Source: Azolla caroliniana (Eukaryota; Plantae; Polypodiophyta). Taken from it: DNA of 64,000 nt. Position 1 is the first letter of the stretch. Every line of letters begins with the position of its first letter. The position numbers and the translations under genes are program-made. This document shows positions 11,310 to 23,939 of the stretch, piece after piece. The notes under the pieces were generated by a model that was not told the origin of the DNA, searched no databases, and worked only from the letters and a program-made list of their open reading frames with translations. The stretch spans positions 6,014,001 to 6,078,000 of the forward strand of contig JBHGNT010000020.1 in the NCBI GenBank assembly GCA_043228905.1. Direction: 5' to 3'.

Positions 11310-14300
11310 CACAAATTTGAGTCAGATGTGGGGCTTATGGAAGTTTTATTGCCAATTTTGTAGTTATTTTTTAGTAGACTTGATATGTATTTTTAGTTAT
11401 ATTTATAGCTGTTAGAGATAAGAGAGCCCCATGTAGTGCATATGCAGAATTTAAAAAGCAAGATGAAGATCAATCCACATGCTACTGTTGTGCCATTCCT
11501 AGTAATGGTAAACCCAGATCAATGCCCAACTGTAGCAAACTTTAAATATAGTTCGGAAAATGATTATACATACTATGTCATTGGAGGGTCCCACTCCACT
11601 CAAGCCCATCGTCAACTCGTCAAGGAATATCCTCTCACCCCCTTCTTCAAATATGCATAATGTAAAGTGTACGCCAGTCTTACACATGAAGAAGCCAAGT
11701 TGCTAGCTTGGGACCACAATAATGACAATGATTATAGAGAAAAGATGTCTTGTATAGAGAGCATCAAGTTCTTTCATCACGAGTACCTTGATGCTTTTGA
11801 GAGATATGGTCATAGGCTGCATCCAAGATTGCGACGACAATGTCTGCTAGAAGTAGGGATATCAGTTGACGAAAGCAAGAAATTTGAAGGCCTATGAAAG
11901 TATGACTCATGGTTTCAACTCACTTTCAAAACTGGGGAGGTTTCGGACCTTCAAGATAAGATTTTTAGTATGTGGGATCAGAAAGAGGTCAAGGGTCAAT
12001 GTTCAAAGAAGGCTAAGTTGGATCCTCAGGTGGAGATGAAGTCTAAGCCACGTAAAAGTGACTTGTTGATAGAAGAATTAGCTGAGGATATGAAGTTGCT
12101 TCCTTGGCAGTCATTGCAAGGCATAAAGGATGACAGATTATTAATGTTTGTAGTTTCACGAGTGGCCGCCAAGGAATTCAACTTGGAGGAAATGGTTACT
12201 GAATTCCAAAAGTGAGTTGTCTTTTTGTGTTACTATTTGTGTCTGGATTGCATTCTTAATTTACTCTTGATTCTAACATTTATGTGTAATGTTTTTTTAG
12301 CCATAAGGTGTACATGGAGATACAAGAGCTTATGATGAAAAAATTATTCCTGCCAATGTGGAAAGAAGAGGAGAAATTGTGCCCAAAAACATCATCATAC
12401 AAGGATCTTGAAGAATTCTTTATAGTATTTAGAGAATGGATATCTGTGTCTACAATATTAATTGAGTATAGGATAATGGGTATTTTCTTACAAAACAGAT
12501 AATTGCAGAAACCACCTCTCTCAAAGAAACTGGGTGATAGTAATGAAGGCATACAAAGCGCATTCATCACCCATTTGGAAAGAGCGAAATATGACAAGCA
12601 GACGACAAAGGGAAGGAATTGGAGGTGCCCAAAGACTCAGATATAGTGAAGAGTTTTCTACACAAGGGTGATCTTTTCCACCAATTGTACTATAGTGTAT
12701 ATAATGGGGATGTGGCTCGGGGTAATATGCTTGACATATTACCCAAGCGGCATTATATGTTGCTCGTCGCGGATATACCATATGGATTTTGAATAACCGG
12801 ATCCACATATGATGACATGTCATATAAGTATCCTCAAATAGAAAAGTTGGTGAAGGACTTTGCAGGGTTGGGCTTACCTTGGCTCCTTTGTGGCGAATAA
12901 TAATATTCCATAGTATGGGTTAGTCTTTATCGGTCACTACTACGTTAAAGTCGAGATGCCATGCAACTGAACACATGCATTGGTAAGCTTCAAGTTGCTA
13001 TATATTAATATACAATTTGAAATGCACTTACTATTTAGAAAATGTGATGATATTTACTTATTTCCATTCCATTATACAAATAGGGTTAAAAAGAATATAA
13101 CTCATAGCCCAAGCGATCGAATGGTGAGCGTTGTGGAACATTTGTGCATGGGGTACTATCATGTGCCCAATTGTGACGAAGAAGCAGCGCCATGTTTCTA
13201 GCGATAAAAGTCTAGTGAACCCCTACCAAAAACCACAATGATTAATCGAGCTATTTTCTAAACCCAATGATTGGGTTCTAGACTTATTTTCTGGAACAGG
13301 TATTCTTAGAAGCATGATCAATTTATCTTAAAATAAAATTGATTTTCCGGAATATGTTTTCTCACTTACACAATTACGATTGTTTTTTCAAAACCTACGA
13401 CTTCATGTGCTTTAAAATGTTTAGGGAACCATGTCGCCTTGGAGAAGGACAGTTCACAAGTTAACTTTATTAAAATGAGGCTCCAAGGTATCTGGGATTG
13501 TCCTGACCAAGACCAAGAGGTTGGGGCAAAGCATATTAATGAAATTGAGATGTTCCAGTTGACCTCCAGAGAACCAATGGAACCTATAGACGAAGGAGGG
13601 GACCTTGTTGATATTGAGGATGTACTACAGTCTGAACATATGCTTGATTCAATTGAGCAAACAAAAGAGGCAAATGTTGATATGACACAAGAGTCAGCTG
13701 ATCTTGAAGAGCAACCAATTCCAGATTTACTAATGGAATGAAACATATATATATGTATAGTGCTTCATGTATGAATTGAACATTATTTTGATTTGTAACA
13801 ACTTTTGGTTTCAGTATAATCTCCTAGTATTATTGTATTGTGTTTGACAATGATTGGATATTATTGTATCTCGATTATTTTCAACTAGAATGGGTGACTC
13901 TTGTTAATGTGTAAATTGGGCATTACATATGATTCATTGAACTTATTGTTTAAGTATATTTAGTATCCTGATAATATCATTTATGTTGTCATAATTCTTA
14001 ATAAACTAGTTTTGAGTAATCACAATGATATTAAGCCAAGAGGATTGTTCATATGATTATGCGTTGATGTTTATTCATATGATTAACATATAATTTGCGC
14101 AGTGGTTTTTTGCATTCAAGATATCTCGTGAGATTTGCTTTTACCAATATTTCTCTAGTTATAACCTTAAACCTTAACTACAAACCCTAGTTATAAGTCT
14201 TAGAGACAAATGTACCCACAAAGTTGCATTTCAAAATTTGTTAAGTGGGATTCGAATTTAACATTATGTACAATGAAGCATAAGAAAATTATAATTGCAT

Positions 14301-14403
14301 GGATTCCCATCATCTTATTTAAGAATTGGGTAAATTTATCATAGATTGAATAAATGAATGTTAATTTTCCAGTCTTAAAATTATTAACTGTAGATTTGAG
14401 CAG

Positions 14404-15225
14404 TGTCTTAAAAAATCATGTACGCATGCGTGATATGTTCTTGAAAGTTGTCTAAAAAAAGGTATTTCTTGACATTTGACATAAATATAAAAAAGGGAAT
14501 GTGATATATTACTTGTTTCAAATGTCCCAATGTTGAGAGAATACTATCACAATTAGTATGAGATGTAGAGAGAAGGGAGAGAGAGTGTGAGGGAATCACA
14601 AGAGAGAGAAAAGAGGAAAGAGATAGTGTGGAAGAGAGAAGTATGATAACAAGAAGTATATTATATGAAAAAGAGTACAATGATAGCTAAGAGGCTTAAG
14701 ACTAACATTGAACCGAATTGGTTCTTAATAGGGCCATACACCTCTATTTATAGTATTATCAAGAGTATTTCTGCAGTTTCCAGAATGTTCTAGAGTAATC
14801 TAGAACATACAAGAATTTTCTATAATGAAATAGCAAATGAAAAAAATATATGTTTTATTACAATGAATAACTTAATGGTATGGCCTTAACCTATGTAACA
14901 TAAGGTCACAGGTTCGATTTTTTTTGAGGCCATATCATGAAATTATCTCCCCCTTCGAACGACAAGTTTTACGAGCCGTCTGTAATTGGGGACCTGGTTT
15001 GTCTAGATATTGCCAATGGAAATCCGCAAAAGGGCTCGAGCATTTGCCACATTCTCTACTAGTTCCCAAGTACAATCACTTAGACTATATCCTAACCAAT
15101 CCACCAAATAGTAGAGCTTGTTGCAAACAATCTTGGATTCGAGGATGGTGACAACTTCATACTCAGGTCCATCTACAAGTTCGATTAGGGGTGGAGGTGG
15201 TGTAGTATGATTTGGAATAAAGCTT
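14404..15225 (-). mobile_element. Remnant of a second Tcn1-like chromovirus: 3' LTR (~14404-14942), PPT, chromodomain
   Basis: Minus strand reads PPPPLIELVDGPEYEVVTILESK..KLYYLVDWLGY; PPT GAAGGGGGAGATAA next to the LTR; LTR has a similar TTGAACC..GGTTC hairpin. Confidence 0.75.
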
Positions 15226-15299
15226 TTTTGACATGGTTGTAGGAGAGAACTATGAACTTGTACGATGTATCCATTAATTGGGAAGGTAGAACAAGGTGA

Positions 15300-15755
15300 A
15301 AAGTGACAACATTGATCATTCCATTAATGACAAAAGGTCGACTACGAAGAGACGTACAGACGCATGGAGTCAACTACAAAGAGACATTTGCCCCAATGGC
15401 AAAGATGAAAACTGTGCAGACCATGATCGCACTCGCGGCGATGAAAGGGTGACACCTCCACCAAATGGACGTCAAGAACTCCTTTCTTCAAGGTAAATTA
15501 GAAGAGGAGGTGTACATGGTACAACCACCCGGCTTCGAATCCAGCATTCATCCAAAAGCCGTATGCCAACTCAAGAAGCCTCTCTGCGGCCTCAAACAAG
15601 CATTGTGTGCTTGGCATTTGAAGATTACGCAATATCTTCATTAAATTGCCTTTCGAATGTCGAAATCCGACAACTCCCTCTACATACGAAACGAGTCTAG
15701 AAGCTTGATTGTCATCATCCTATACGTGGATGATCTGTTCATTGGAGGAGATAAC
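15300..15755 (+). mobile_element. Copia RT fragment
   Basis: YKETFAPMAKM, HQMDVKNSFLQG, GLKQA, LYVDDL; related to the 1-2446 family. Confidence 0.88.
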
Positions 15756-16401
15756 ACCATTTGGACCTTAGCAGGATCCATAGAGATCCCTTCAAAGGAG
15801 ATGACATAGCCTAGGAACTCCACCTGTTTACTATCAAAACTACACTTTTCGAGTTTTGCATAAAGACCATGTTCTCGTAGTCGTTTTACTACTAACCATA
15901 CATGAGAATCATGCTCTTCCAGTTTTTTTGAATAAATTAGTAGATCATCTAGGTAGATGATCAGACATATGTCCAAAAGATCTCGAAAAATATCATTTGT
16001 CATGTACTAAAACATTGTTGGTGCATTGATGACCCGAATGGCATAAATATATACTCAAAATGCCCATATCGGGTGCAGAAAGTTCACTTCCACTCGTCTC
16101 CCAATCAAATCCGTATGAGGTTATATGCACTTCGTAAGTCGATCTTTGTGAAACACTTTGCTCCATTAATCCTTTCTAAAAGACTCGAGATTAGGGGAAG
16201 TGCATACTTGTTTCTGATGCTAATTTTATTTAGGCCTAGGTAATCAACGACTAGAAGAAGTGATCCATCTTTTTTCTTTACAAAGAAAATAGGTGAACCA
16301 ACTGGAGATTTCAAATTTCAAATGAATCCATTCACCAAGTTTTTCTCTATGTAGGCTCGAAGAACATCAAGCTCAGTTGGTGACAAGTTGTAGATACGTC
16401 C
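15756..16401 (-). mobile_element. Gypsy (Tcn1-like) RT fragment
   Basis: [52 protein letters not shown]. Confidence 0.88.
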
Positions 16402-16655
16402 TGTAAAGAATCGGGTATGATTCTTGTGTAGCGAAAGAGATGTGTGTTATGTGTATGTGTGAGAGGAAAGAGGAGAGGAGAGAAACACAAGATGGATAAG
16501 AGACAAAATGAAATACTCAAAAAGAAGGAGATGTATATTAACAAGGAGAATATGATAAATGAAAATGTAGCATTACAAGGAGTCACAACTAACTTAGTAT
16601 GAAGTATGAGGAGGGTGCTTTATATAGAGTCACCCTCTTTCTTCATTAACTTACA
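16402..16655. repeat. Possible solo or partial LTR
   Basis: TGTAA...TTACA inverted ends and a TATA-like TATATA, but no TSD. Confidence 0.35.
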
Positions 16656-16708
16656 ACAACCACTCTCTCTCTTGGGGAATGTGAAGACTCAATAGAATTC
16701 TAGCTTCT

Positions 16709-19700
16709 CTGATTACATGTGTATAGCTATGGCTAATTCGCTGTGTGTCTTGAATACCTAAGCGTTTAAGTACGTAAGTGTAACCCTTGACAGGGATTCG
16801 GTTGTAGCCGTCTCCCCTTATACGTTGATAGGTTACAGGGATTCTTCCCTTATGCATTACGCTTAAACACCTATTCGTTGTTCCACACCCACTTTAAGGT
16901 CTAGGTCGAAGGACTGACCGTGGACCGTGTTCCTAAACGGCAACACTTTTGGCACGCTTGGTGATTTGTGTTTTCTCACAGACGAGCAACAACGAATGGA
17001 TGTTTAGCTGCAGACGACCCAGAGAACCAACATGACAAGACCGGCCAATAACAAGGTCCGTCACACGCCAAGCAGAAGAACGCGCACGGCAAAAGCCGCA
17101 CCTCAGCGACCTCAGTACTACCTGCCGTGAGTACAAAGGGGATTCTTCGCTCCCAAAATACCTCGACGAGACACTGGGGCCACGCTCACCACAGCCACCC
17201 TATGGTCTTTCCCGACCTGCCGTAGCTCCCACTATGGCCTTTGCATACCCCCACTTTAACGGCGAAACCGACGCCGCAACTCATATTCGCATGTTCCTAA
17301 ATGTCTGGAATGCGAACCACATGGCGCAGAGCCTCTCCGAGGCGGTGGCACACCAGTCGAAAATGACGGAGTTCGGATTAACATTAGATGGGCGTGTGGC
17401 ATTTTGACATTCACAAATGGATTTACCAGCCATAACAACCTTCGATCAGCTGCAGTCCGCTTTCTTGCGGTTCTTCGATGGCAGGGTTCCACAACACGAG
17501 ATTCTCGGGCAGTTTTACACAATTAAGCAACTGCCGACCGAGACAATAGCAGACTTCAGCTTACATTTCCAAAATTTACGACGGAAACTGGAACGAAGCC
17601 CAGCGGAAGATGAGGCTCGGGAAACATTTCTGGCAGCTTTACGCCGGCCCATCCGGGCAATGCTTAACAACAATAGCGTGAAAGGGGAAACGGCGGATAT
17701 GGTAATTGAACGAGCGTTATAGCTCGAGTTGGATGACGAGGAGGAAAGGTTTTCTATGTCCTCCTTACGACAAGCGTTACCTCAGGATGAGGAACGCCAG
17801 TTTCGTCAAGCAATCCAGTGCACGATTTACTTGAACTCGGGGCATTCCGCAGTAGACTGCAATATGCGAATCCACTGCCCAATCTGCCACTCGAAGGCTC
17901 ACACAGTCGACCAATGCGAGTACAATATGTTAAAAAGAGCCACTGTCGCAATTCGCAGCATGGACGCACAGCGTCGACCGCACCGGGCTGAACAAAGGAG
18001 GCAAGAAGACTGACCCCGGTATAAGGATCGCAACCCGCGGGAGGGCCGGTACAACCGGAATCGCAGGAATCACAACAATTCCGAGGAGGACGACCCAGAG
18101 GATGAGGATTATCGTGGACATCCGAGTTACGCCAAAGGGGGTCGGCGCTACGAGAATCAACGGCCGACAAACAAACGAGGTGGCTTCAATGGCTATCGGG
18201 CTAAGCCATGGCAGTATAGGGATCACCGGCATTACAACGAAAGCTCGGGGGATGAGCGGCACCAAGAACAACGCCGGGACCAACAGCAGCCACCGCGTAC
18301 GTTCCGACAAACAAGGCCGGACCGCGAGGAGTAAGTAGCATCAGGGGATGCGTAATCGACAGCGGCTCAGGCGTCAATGTAATTAGCGTGAAAAATTGTG
18401 AACAATTAGGCATTTCCGAATGGGAGGCGTGTCCATTCTGGCTCTGCATGGCAGATACCCGCTCAGTGCGACCGTTGGGGTTAATTCGCAAAATAGGCAT
18501 CATCGTGGGCGGACACCGCTTCGACATCTCGGCGGTCGTCCTCGCTTTGGACGCCCCAGGGGTGTACCAAGTGCTTCTGGGCAGACCATGGCTTTGGACA
18601 ACAAATATCAAGCAGAGCTAGCAACACGAGTGTATTAGTTTCCGGCATGGACGCACCAAGGTTCGCATACCTACGGAAGGCAGCACGCCACAACCTAAGG
18701 GTATAACACCGTTATACACGGAGGATATAAATATGTTGGCTGGGGTGGAAGATGCATAATTGGAGGCATACCTCGACGAACACCCTCGGATTATTCCGTT
18801 GTTCGAAATAGATGTCATCGCAACCGCAGTAGAATATGCCACGGCCATTGTTCCCCACAACGAGCCTTACGAACCAAACCCAGAGTCCATATTGGAACTC
18901 AGCAGAGCACGAGCGGCATTCGAAAGGGAAATGGAGATTTCACGACAAGTCACCGCTTCCGCTCTCGAAGAAGTAAATGTGGGTACGGAATCGGAGCCCC
19001 GGTTCCTCTCCATCGCAAAGGAATTAAGGCCGGACCAGAGAATCACGATGATCGCACTACTCACAGAATATAAAGATGTATTCGCTTGGGCTCACGAGGA
19101 CGTGAAGGGGTTAGATCCCAAGTTCTATCAGCATAAGATCAATGTAGCAACTGACGCGAAACCCGTCCAGCAGCGCCGCTACCGCATGAACCCCAACTAC
19201 GCGACCCGCATGAAAGAAGAAATTGACAAGCTCCTGAAGGCGGGGTTCATACGACCAGTTAAACAAGCGACATGGCTAAGCCCGATAGTGGTCGTCCCAA
19301 AGAAAAACGACAAAATACGGGTATGCGTAGATTACCGAAAATTAAACATCGTAACCATTACGGACGCATTTCCCTTACCCTTCACCGATAGTGTGTTGGA
19401 CGTCGTCGCAGGCCATGAGATGTACAGTTTTTTAGATGGCTTCATTGGCTATAACCAGGTACGCATGCATCCCGAGGACCAGGAGAAGACGGCGTTTGGC
19501 ACGGACTAGGGAGTATATGTGGCAGTCGTCATGATGTTCGGGCTAAAGACAGCGCCGGCAACCTTTCAACGAACGATTACGGAGATATTTGGGGAATACA
19601 TTCCGGCGTTCATGCAAGTTTTTCTAAACGACCTTGCGGTATATGGGAGAACAATAGACCATTTTACGCACTTACGACTATGCCTGGAATGTTGCCGCAC

Positions 19701-20680
19701 CGCACGCTTAAGCCTGAATCCCGCGAAATGTGCCTTCGGCGTGATCAGCGGGACTCTCCTAGGCCACATAGTCAGCAAGGAGGGAATAGCGGTCGACCCA
19801 AACAAGATCTCCGCAATTACGCAAGCCAAAACTCCGACAAACGCCAAATCGCTTAGCCAGTTTTTAGGACAAATACGGTGGCATAGTCGGATGATACGGT
19901 ATTTGGTGGACTTCGCCACGCCGCAAGACGTTGTCGTACATCAGACTCCTTTCCAATGGACTGCAACGGAGGTTAAGGCCTATGACGCACTTAAGATAAT
20001 GCTCACACAGGCTCCCGTCGTACAACCACCAGTTTGGGCGAAGCCATTCCACGTGTTTGTCGACGCCTCGGACATAGCAATAGGAAGCGCACTAATGCAG
20101 CTCACCGAACCAAACTGGTACAGGCCAGTATACTACGCAAGTCGTAAATTGTAAACAACAGAGCGTAACTATTCCACAACAGAGCGGGAGGCGCTAGGGA
20201 TGATCTATAGCATCAATAAATTCTGACACTATCTATTAGGAAGGAAATTCACGTTCCACGTGGATCATTCGGCACTACTGTATTTGGTGGAGAAACAAGC
20301 CTTGACAGGGAAATTGGCGCGGTGGATGCTGCTGCTCCAGGAATTCGATTTTGTAGTTCAGCACCGACCAGGGACGCAACACGTAGTGGCGGATTTTATG
20401 AGCAGACTCGAGAATGGAGAAACAGTATAGAAAGACGACGACGATTTTCCGAACGCCGACATCCTGCGAGCAGCGACACTGGCACAAAAAACGGAATAAA
20501 CCTTTCCGGACCGCTGGCTTATGGAAATGACGTGCTTTTTAACTACAGCACTGCCTCCACCACAATTACGCACGGACGAGAAGAAACGACTAGCCGTCCG
20601 AAGCCATCACTTCTGCCTCGTCGAAGGCGTTTTATATCACAAAGGAAGGTACGGCATTTGGCGACATGGGGTCCGTCAGT
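16709..20680 (+). mobile_element. Non-chromovirus Gypsy element (Tat/Athila/Phygy-like): partial 5' LTR, PBS, gag, protease, RT, RNase H; truncated
   Basis: LTR end 16709-16945 matches 36215-36452; PBS-like TGGCACGCTTGGTG at 16950; gag with two zinc knuckles; VIDSGSG protease; RVCVDYRKLN, MMFGLKTAPATFQ; VDASD RNase H. Confidence 0.88.
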
Positions 20681-23600
20681 AATTGTACGGATAATAATTG
20701 CACTCGCCGCAGCGAAGGGATGGCACCTCCACTAGATGGATGTGAAAAATGCTTTCCTCCAAGGAGAGTTAGAAGAAGAGGTGTACATGATACAACCACC
20801 CGGATTTGAATCGCGTAAACATCCACGCGTCGTATGCCAACTCAAGAAGCCACTCTACGGCCTCAAACAAGCACCACGTGCTTGGCATTCGAAGATCACG
20901 CAGTATCTTCATCAAGTCGGATTTTGAATGTCAAAATCCGATACTTCTCTGTACATCCGAAATGAGTCGGATAGCCCGATCATCATCATCCTATACACGG
21001 ATGACTTAGTCATCAGAGGAAAGGATCTTGCCGAGATCAACAAAGTCAAAACACTTCTCTCCAGCAGATTCAAAATGAAAGACCTACACGAACTCCATTA
21101 CTTCCTAGGCATTCAAGTAATTCAGACACCAATCGGGATAATGATCTCACAATGGCACTATGTCCTCAACTTACTCTACAAGTTCGGAATGACCAAGTGC
21201 AAGCTTGTGTCTACCCCTCTCGATCGTAACTCAGTATCGACAACTGATCAGTAGTTTGATCTATCTAACCATTACGTGACCCGACCTCAGTTATTCGGTC
21301 AGCCTACTTAGCCAATTCATGCAGAATCTGTGAAACCTTCATCTTGGTTGTGCTAAGAGGATACTACGGTATGTCAGTACGACAATGGCTTACGGAATCA
21401 TGTATAAATCAAACATGACTATTCGACTCGAAGGGTACACCAACACGGACTGGGCAGGCTATAAAGCGGATAGACGATCCACCTCCAAATTTTTCTTCTC
21501 CCTTGGTAGCGGAGCAACAAGAAACAGCCGACAGTCGCACTGTCAAGCACAGAAGCCGAATATAGGGATGCAACAGTCACCACATGCGAAGCCGTATGGC
21601 TTAAACGCATACTAAAGGATCTGGGCATTCCCATCAAGGATCCAATTTGTCTCTACTGCGAGAACATGAACAATATCTACCTCCTGTGGAACCCCGTATT
21701 CGACGCGCGGACTAAACATATCGAAGTGCATTACCATTTCATCCACGAGCGCGTACAAGCCGGCGAGATCGATCTACAACATACCAATACACACCTCCAA
21801 GTTGCTGATATATTTACAAAGGCCTTATGAGTCGACAAGCTCGAGCAATTTGCATCAGACCTTGGTCTCACGACATCTACATTGAAATTGTCATGACCCA
21901 AGCTTCGAAGACAAGGTCGATTTCGAAGAAAAGAAGATAATAACAAACGAGAAAACTTTTACAAGACAAAAATAGAAGAATTTCTATTACCGGAAACCGA
22001 GATTACAAGGTTGTTGAAGACTGGTGTTGAACCGGAATGGTTCAACACTAAGCAGATCTTCGACTTATATACTGTACATCAGAATGTGCATGATCGCCAT
22101 TTGGCATACATGTTGTGCGCCACTTGGCGTACAGGGTGCATGCCATTTGGCGGTCATCTAGTGTGTCTAGTGCTCTAGAGTTCTTGAATAATAATTATAT
22201 GAAAATGTATTTATTAATGAAAATGAGCTGGTGCAATGGTTGAAGTGTAAGACCATTGTTTGAAGGTCACAAGTTCAAACCTTCATATTCACATTTTGTG
22301 ACATCATCCCCTCCTTTGACGACGAGTTCCATGAGTCGAAATGCATGAACTAGGTTTTGGTTTATGGGGATAATGAAGATGAAACTCTTGTATAAGTTCA
22401 GAGGCATTAGTGACGTTCGTTGCAGGTTCCCATGTCTGATCCGCAGGCGTGTATCCCAACCAATCTACTAGATCATATAACTTATTGCGGATGACCTTAG
22501 AGTCCAAAATAGCTTCTACTTCATATTCAGGTCCTTCAGCAAGTTGAACCGGAGGTGGTGGTGGGATAACCCGATTTGGAATAGAACTTGATGTCCATGG
22601 TTCTAATAATGAAACATGAAATACTGGATGAAGACACATATGTGAAGGTAGGTCCAGACGAAATGCAACATCATTGATTTGATGAGAGATTACAAATGGA
22701 CCTAGACGTTGGAAATCCAATTTGGCACTTGGTCGAGTAGTTTTCACATTACGACGCAATAACCAGACACGATCACCAACTTTAAACTTAGGGTCTTCAA
22801 GTGAAGAATCTAAGCGATGTCTATCCGCCACCTTCTTGTACTTGGCTTGAGCATGAAGCAAATTGTGAGAAAGGTTGGTTTGAATTTCTTTGAGTTTTTC
22901 TAGACGATCTTTGACCGTGGGATTTTTTGAGACTTTTGGACTTTCGAGCATCATCCATCAAGGATGATATCCTATGTTTGCAAAGAATGGAGTGAATCCC
23001 GTAGAAGAATGGATTGACTTATTGTAAGCAAATTCTGTCATATGTAAGAAATCCATCCAATCATCTTGTTGATAGTTGATAAAGCAACGGAGATATTGTT
23101 CTAATGTTTGATTTGTGCGTTCCGTTTGCCCATCAGTTTGAGGATGGTAGCTTGAAGATAGTTTACGAGAAATTCCAAGGCTCTCAAGTAAGTGTGTCCA
23201 AAACATTGCAATAAATTGTGGTCCACGATCACTAATGATTTCATCTGGAAGGCCATGGTGCTTGAAAACTTCTCACATAAGAAGACTTGTCAATTCTTCA
23301 CTAGTAAAAAATTTTCTACATGGAAGAAAATGTGCCATTTTTGTAAAGCGATCCACCACTGTAAAAATTGCATCATAGCCTTGGGAAGATGGGAGATCTG
23401 TGATGAAATCGATAGAAATGGATTTCCACAGACCATCTGGAAGGGGCAATGGGTGCAACAAACCATATGGCCAATGTCGAGGCATCTTTGATCGGCAACA
23501 TACATCACAAGTAGAAACATAGTCTATGACAAACTGACGAACCTGAGGCCACCAATAGTTTCGAGTAACTAGCTCTAATGTTTTCAAAGCTCCGAAATGT

Positions 23601-23939
23601 CCAGCTAGTGGTGAATCATGGCAGTGATGCAAGACTTCAAGTCGAAAAGTTCCATCGGGAATATAAGTACGGTTGTTTTGAGAAAGCAACCCATCATGCC
23701 AACTGAAGTTCCCATAATCCATCCAAGAAAACTTGGACTGTGAACAAGAAGCATGATTTGGAACAATGTGGTCTAAAATATCTTGTGCAAAATCATCTGA
23801 ACCAATGCTCGAGCGAATAGAATCGAGAAATTTTGAATCCAAAGTTGTCTCAACAACATTTGTCACCATTAATCGTAGACGACTAGGGTTCAAAAGGACT
23901 TGTTCTTGATTGTCGTAAGTTGGGTCCCCCAGTTTTGGT
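20681..23939 (+). repeat. Segmental duplicate of 1239-4497 (Copia RT/RH + chromovirus LTR 21889-22303 + chromodomain/integrase)
   Basis: Constant offset of 19442 bp, high identity, and shared inactivating stops and the Copia/Gypsy junction. Confidence 0.95.

Larger units (their letters stand above)
10200..13741 (+). pseudogene. Intron-containing gene for a ParB/Srx-like domain fused to a beta-class N6A/N4C DNA methyltransferase, with acidic C-terminal tail; decayed
   Basis: ParB-like: LEIREPH..NLK.KMKINP..VPFLVMV..YYVIGGSHS..A..L..CKVYASLTHEEAKLLAWDHN (11412-11725). MTase: LLVADIPYGF (DIPY 12772-12783), W/VKKN..MVSVVEH, NPYQKP (13218-13235), DWVLDLFSGTG (VLDLFSGTG 13275-13301), TTSCALKCLGNHVALEKD..RL (13397 onward). 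GT-AG introns at 12212-12300 and ~12983-13083, donor at 13300; putative first exon ATG at 10200 (tentative). Confidence 0.82.

Noticed and set aside
10200-13741. Prophage or bacterial contamination as the source of the ParB-MTase
   Set aside because: The gene has GT-AG introns (one donor conserved between two copies) and is interleaved with plant LTR elements.
14365-14405. CAGTG as a CACTG-type right terminus of the DNA transposon
   Set aside because: No matching left TIR or TSD was found, and the TG is better explained as the start of the adjacent LTR at 14404.
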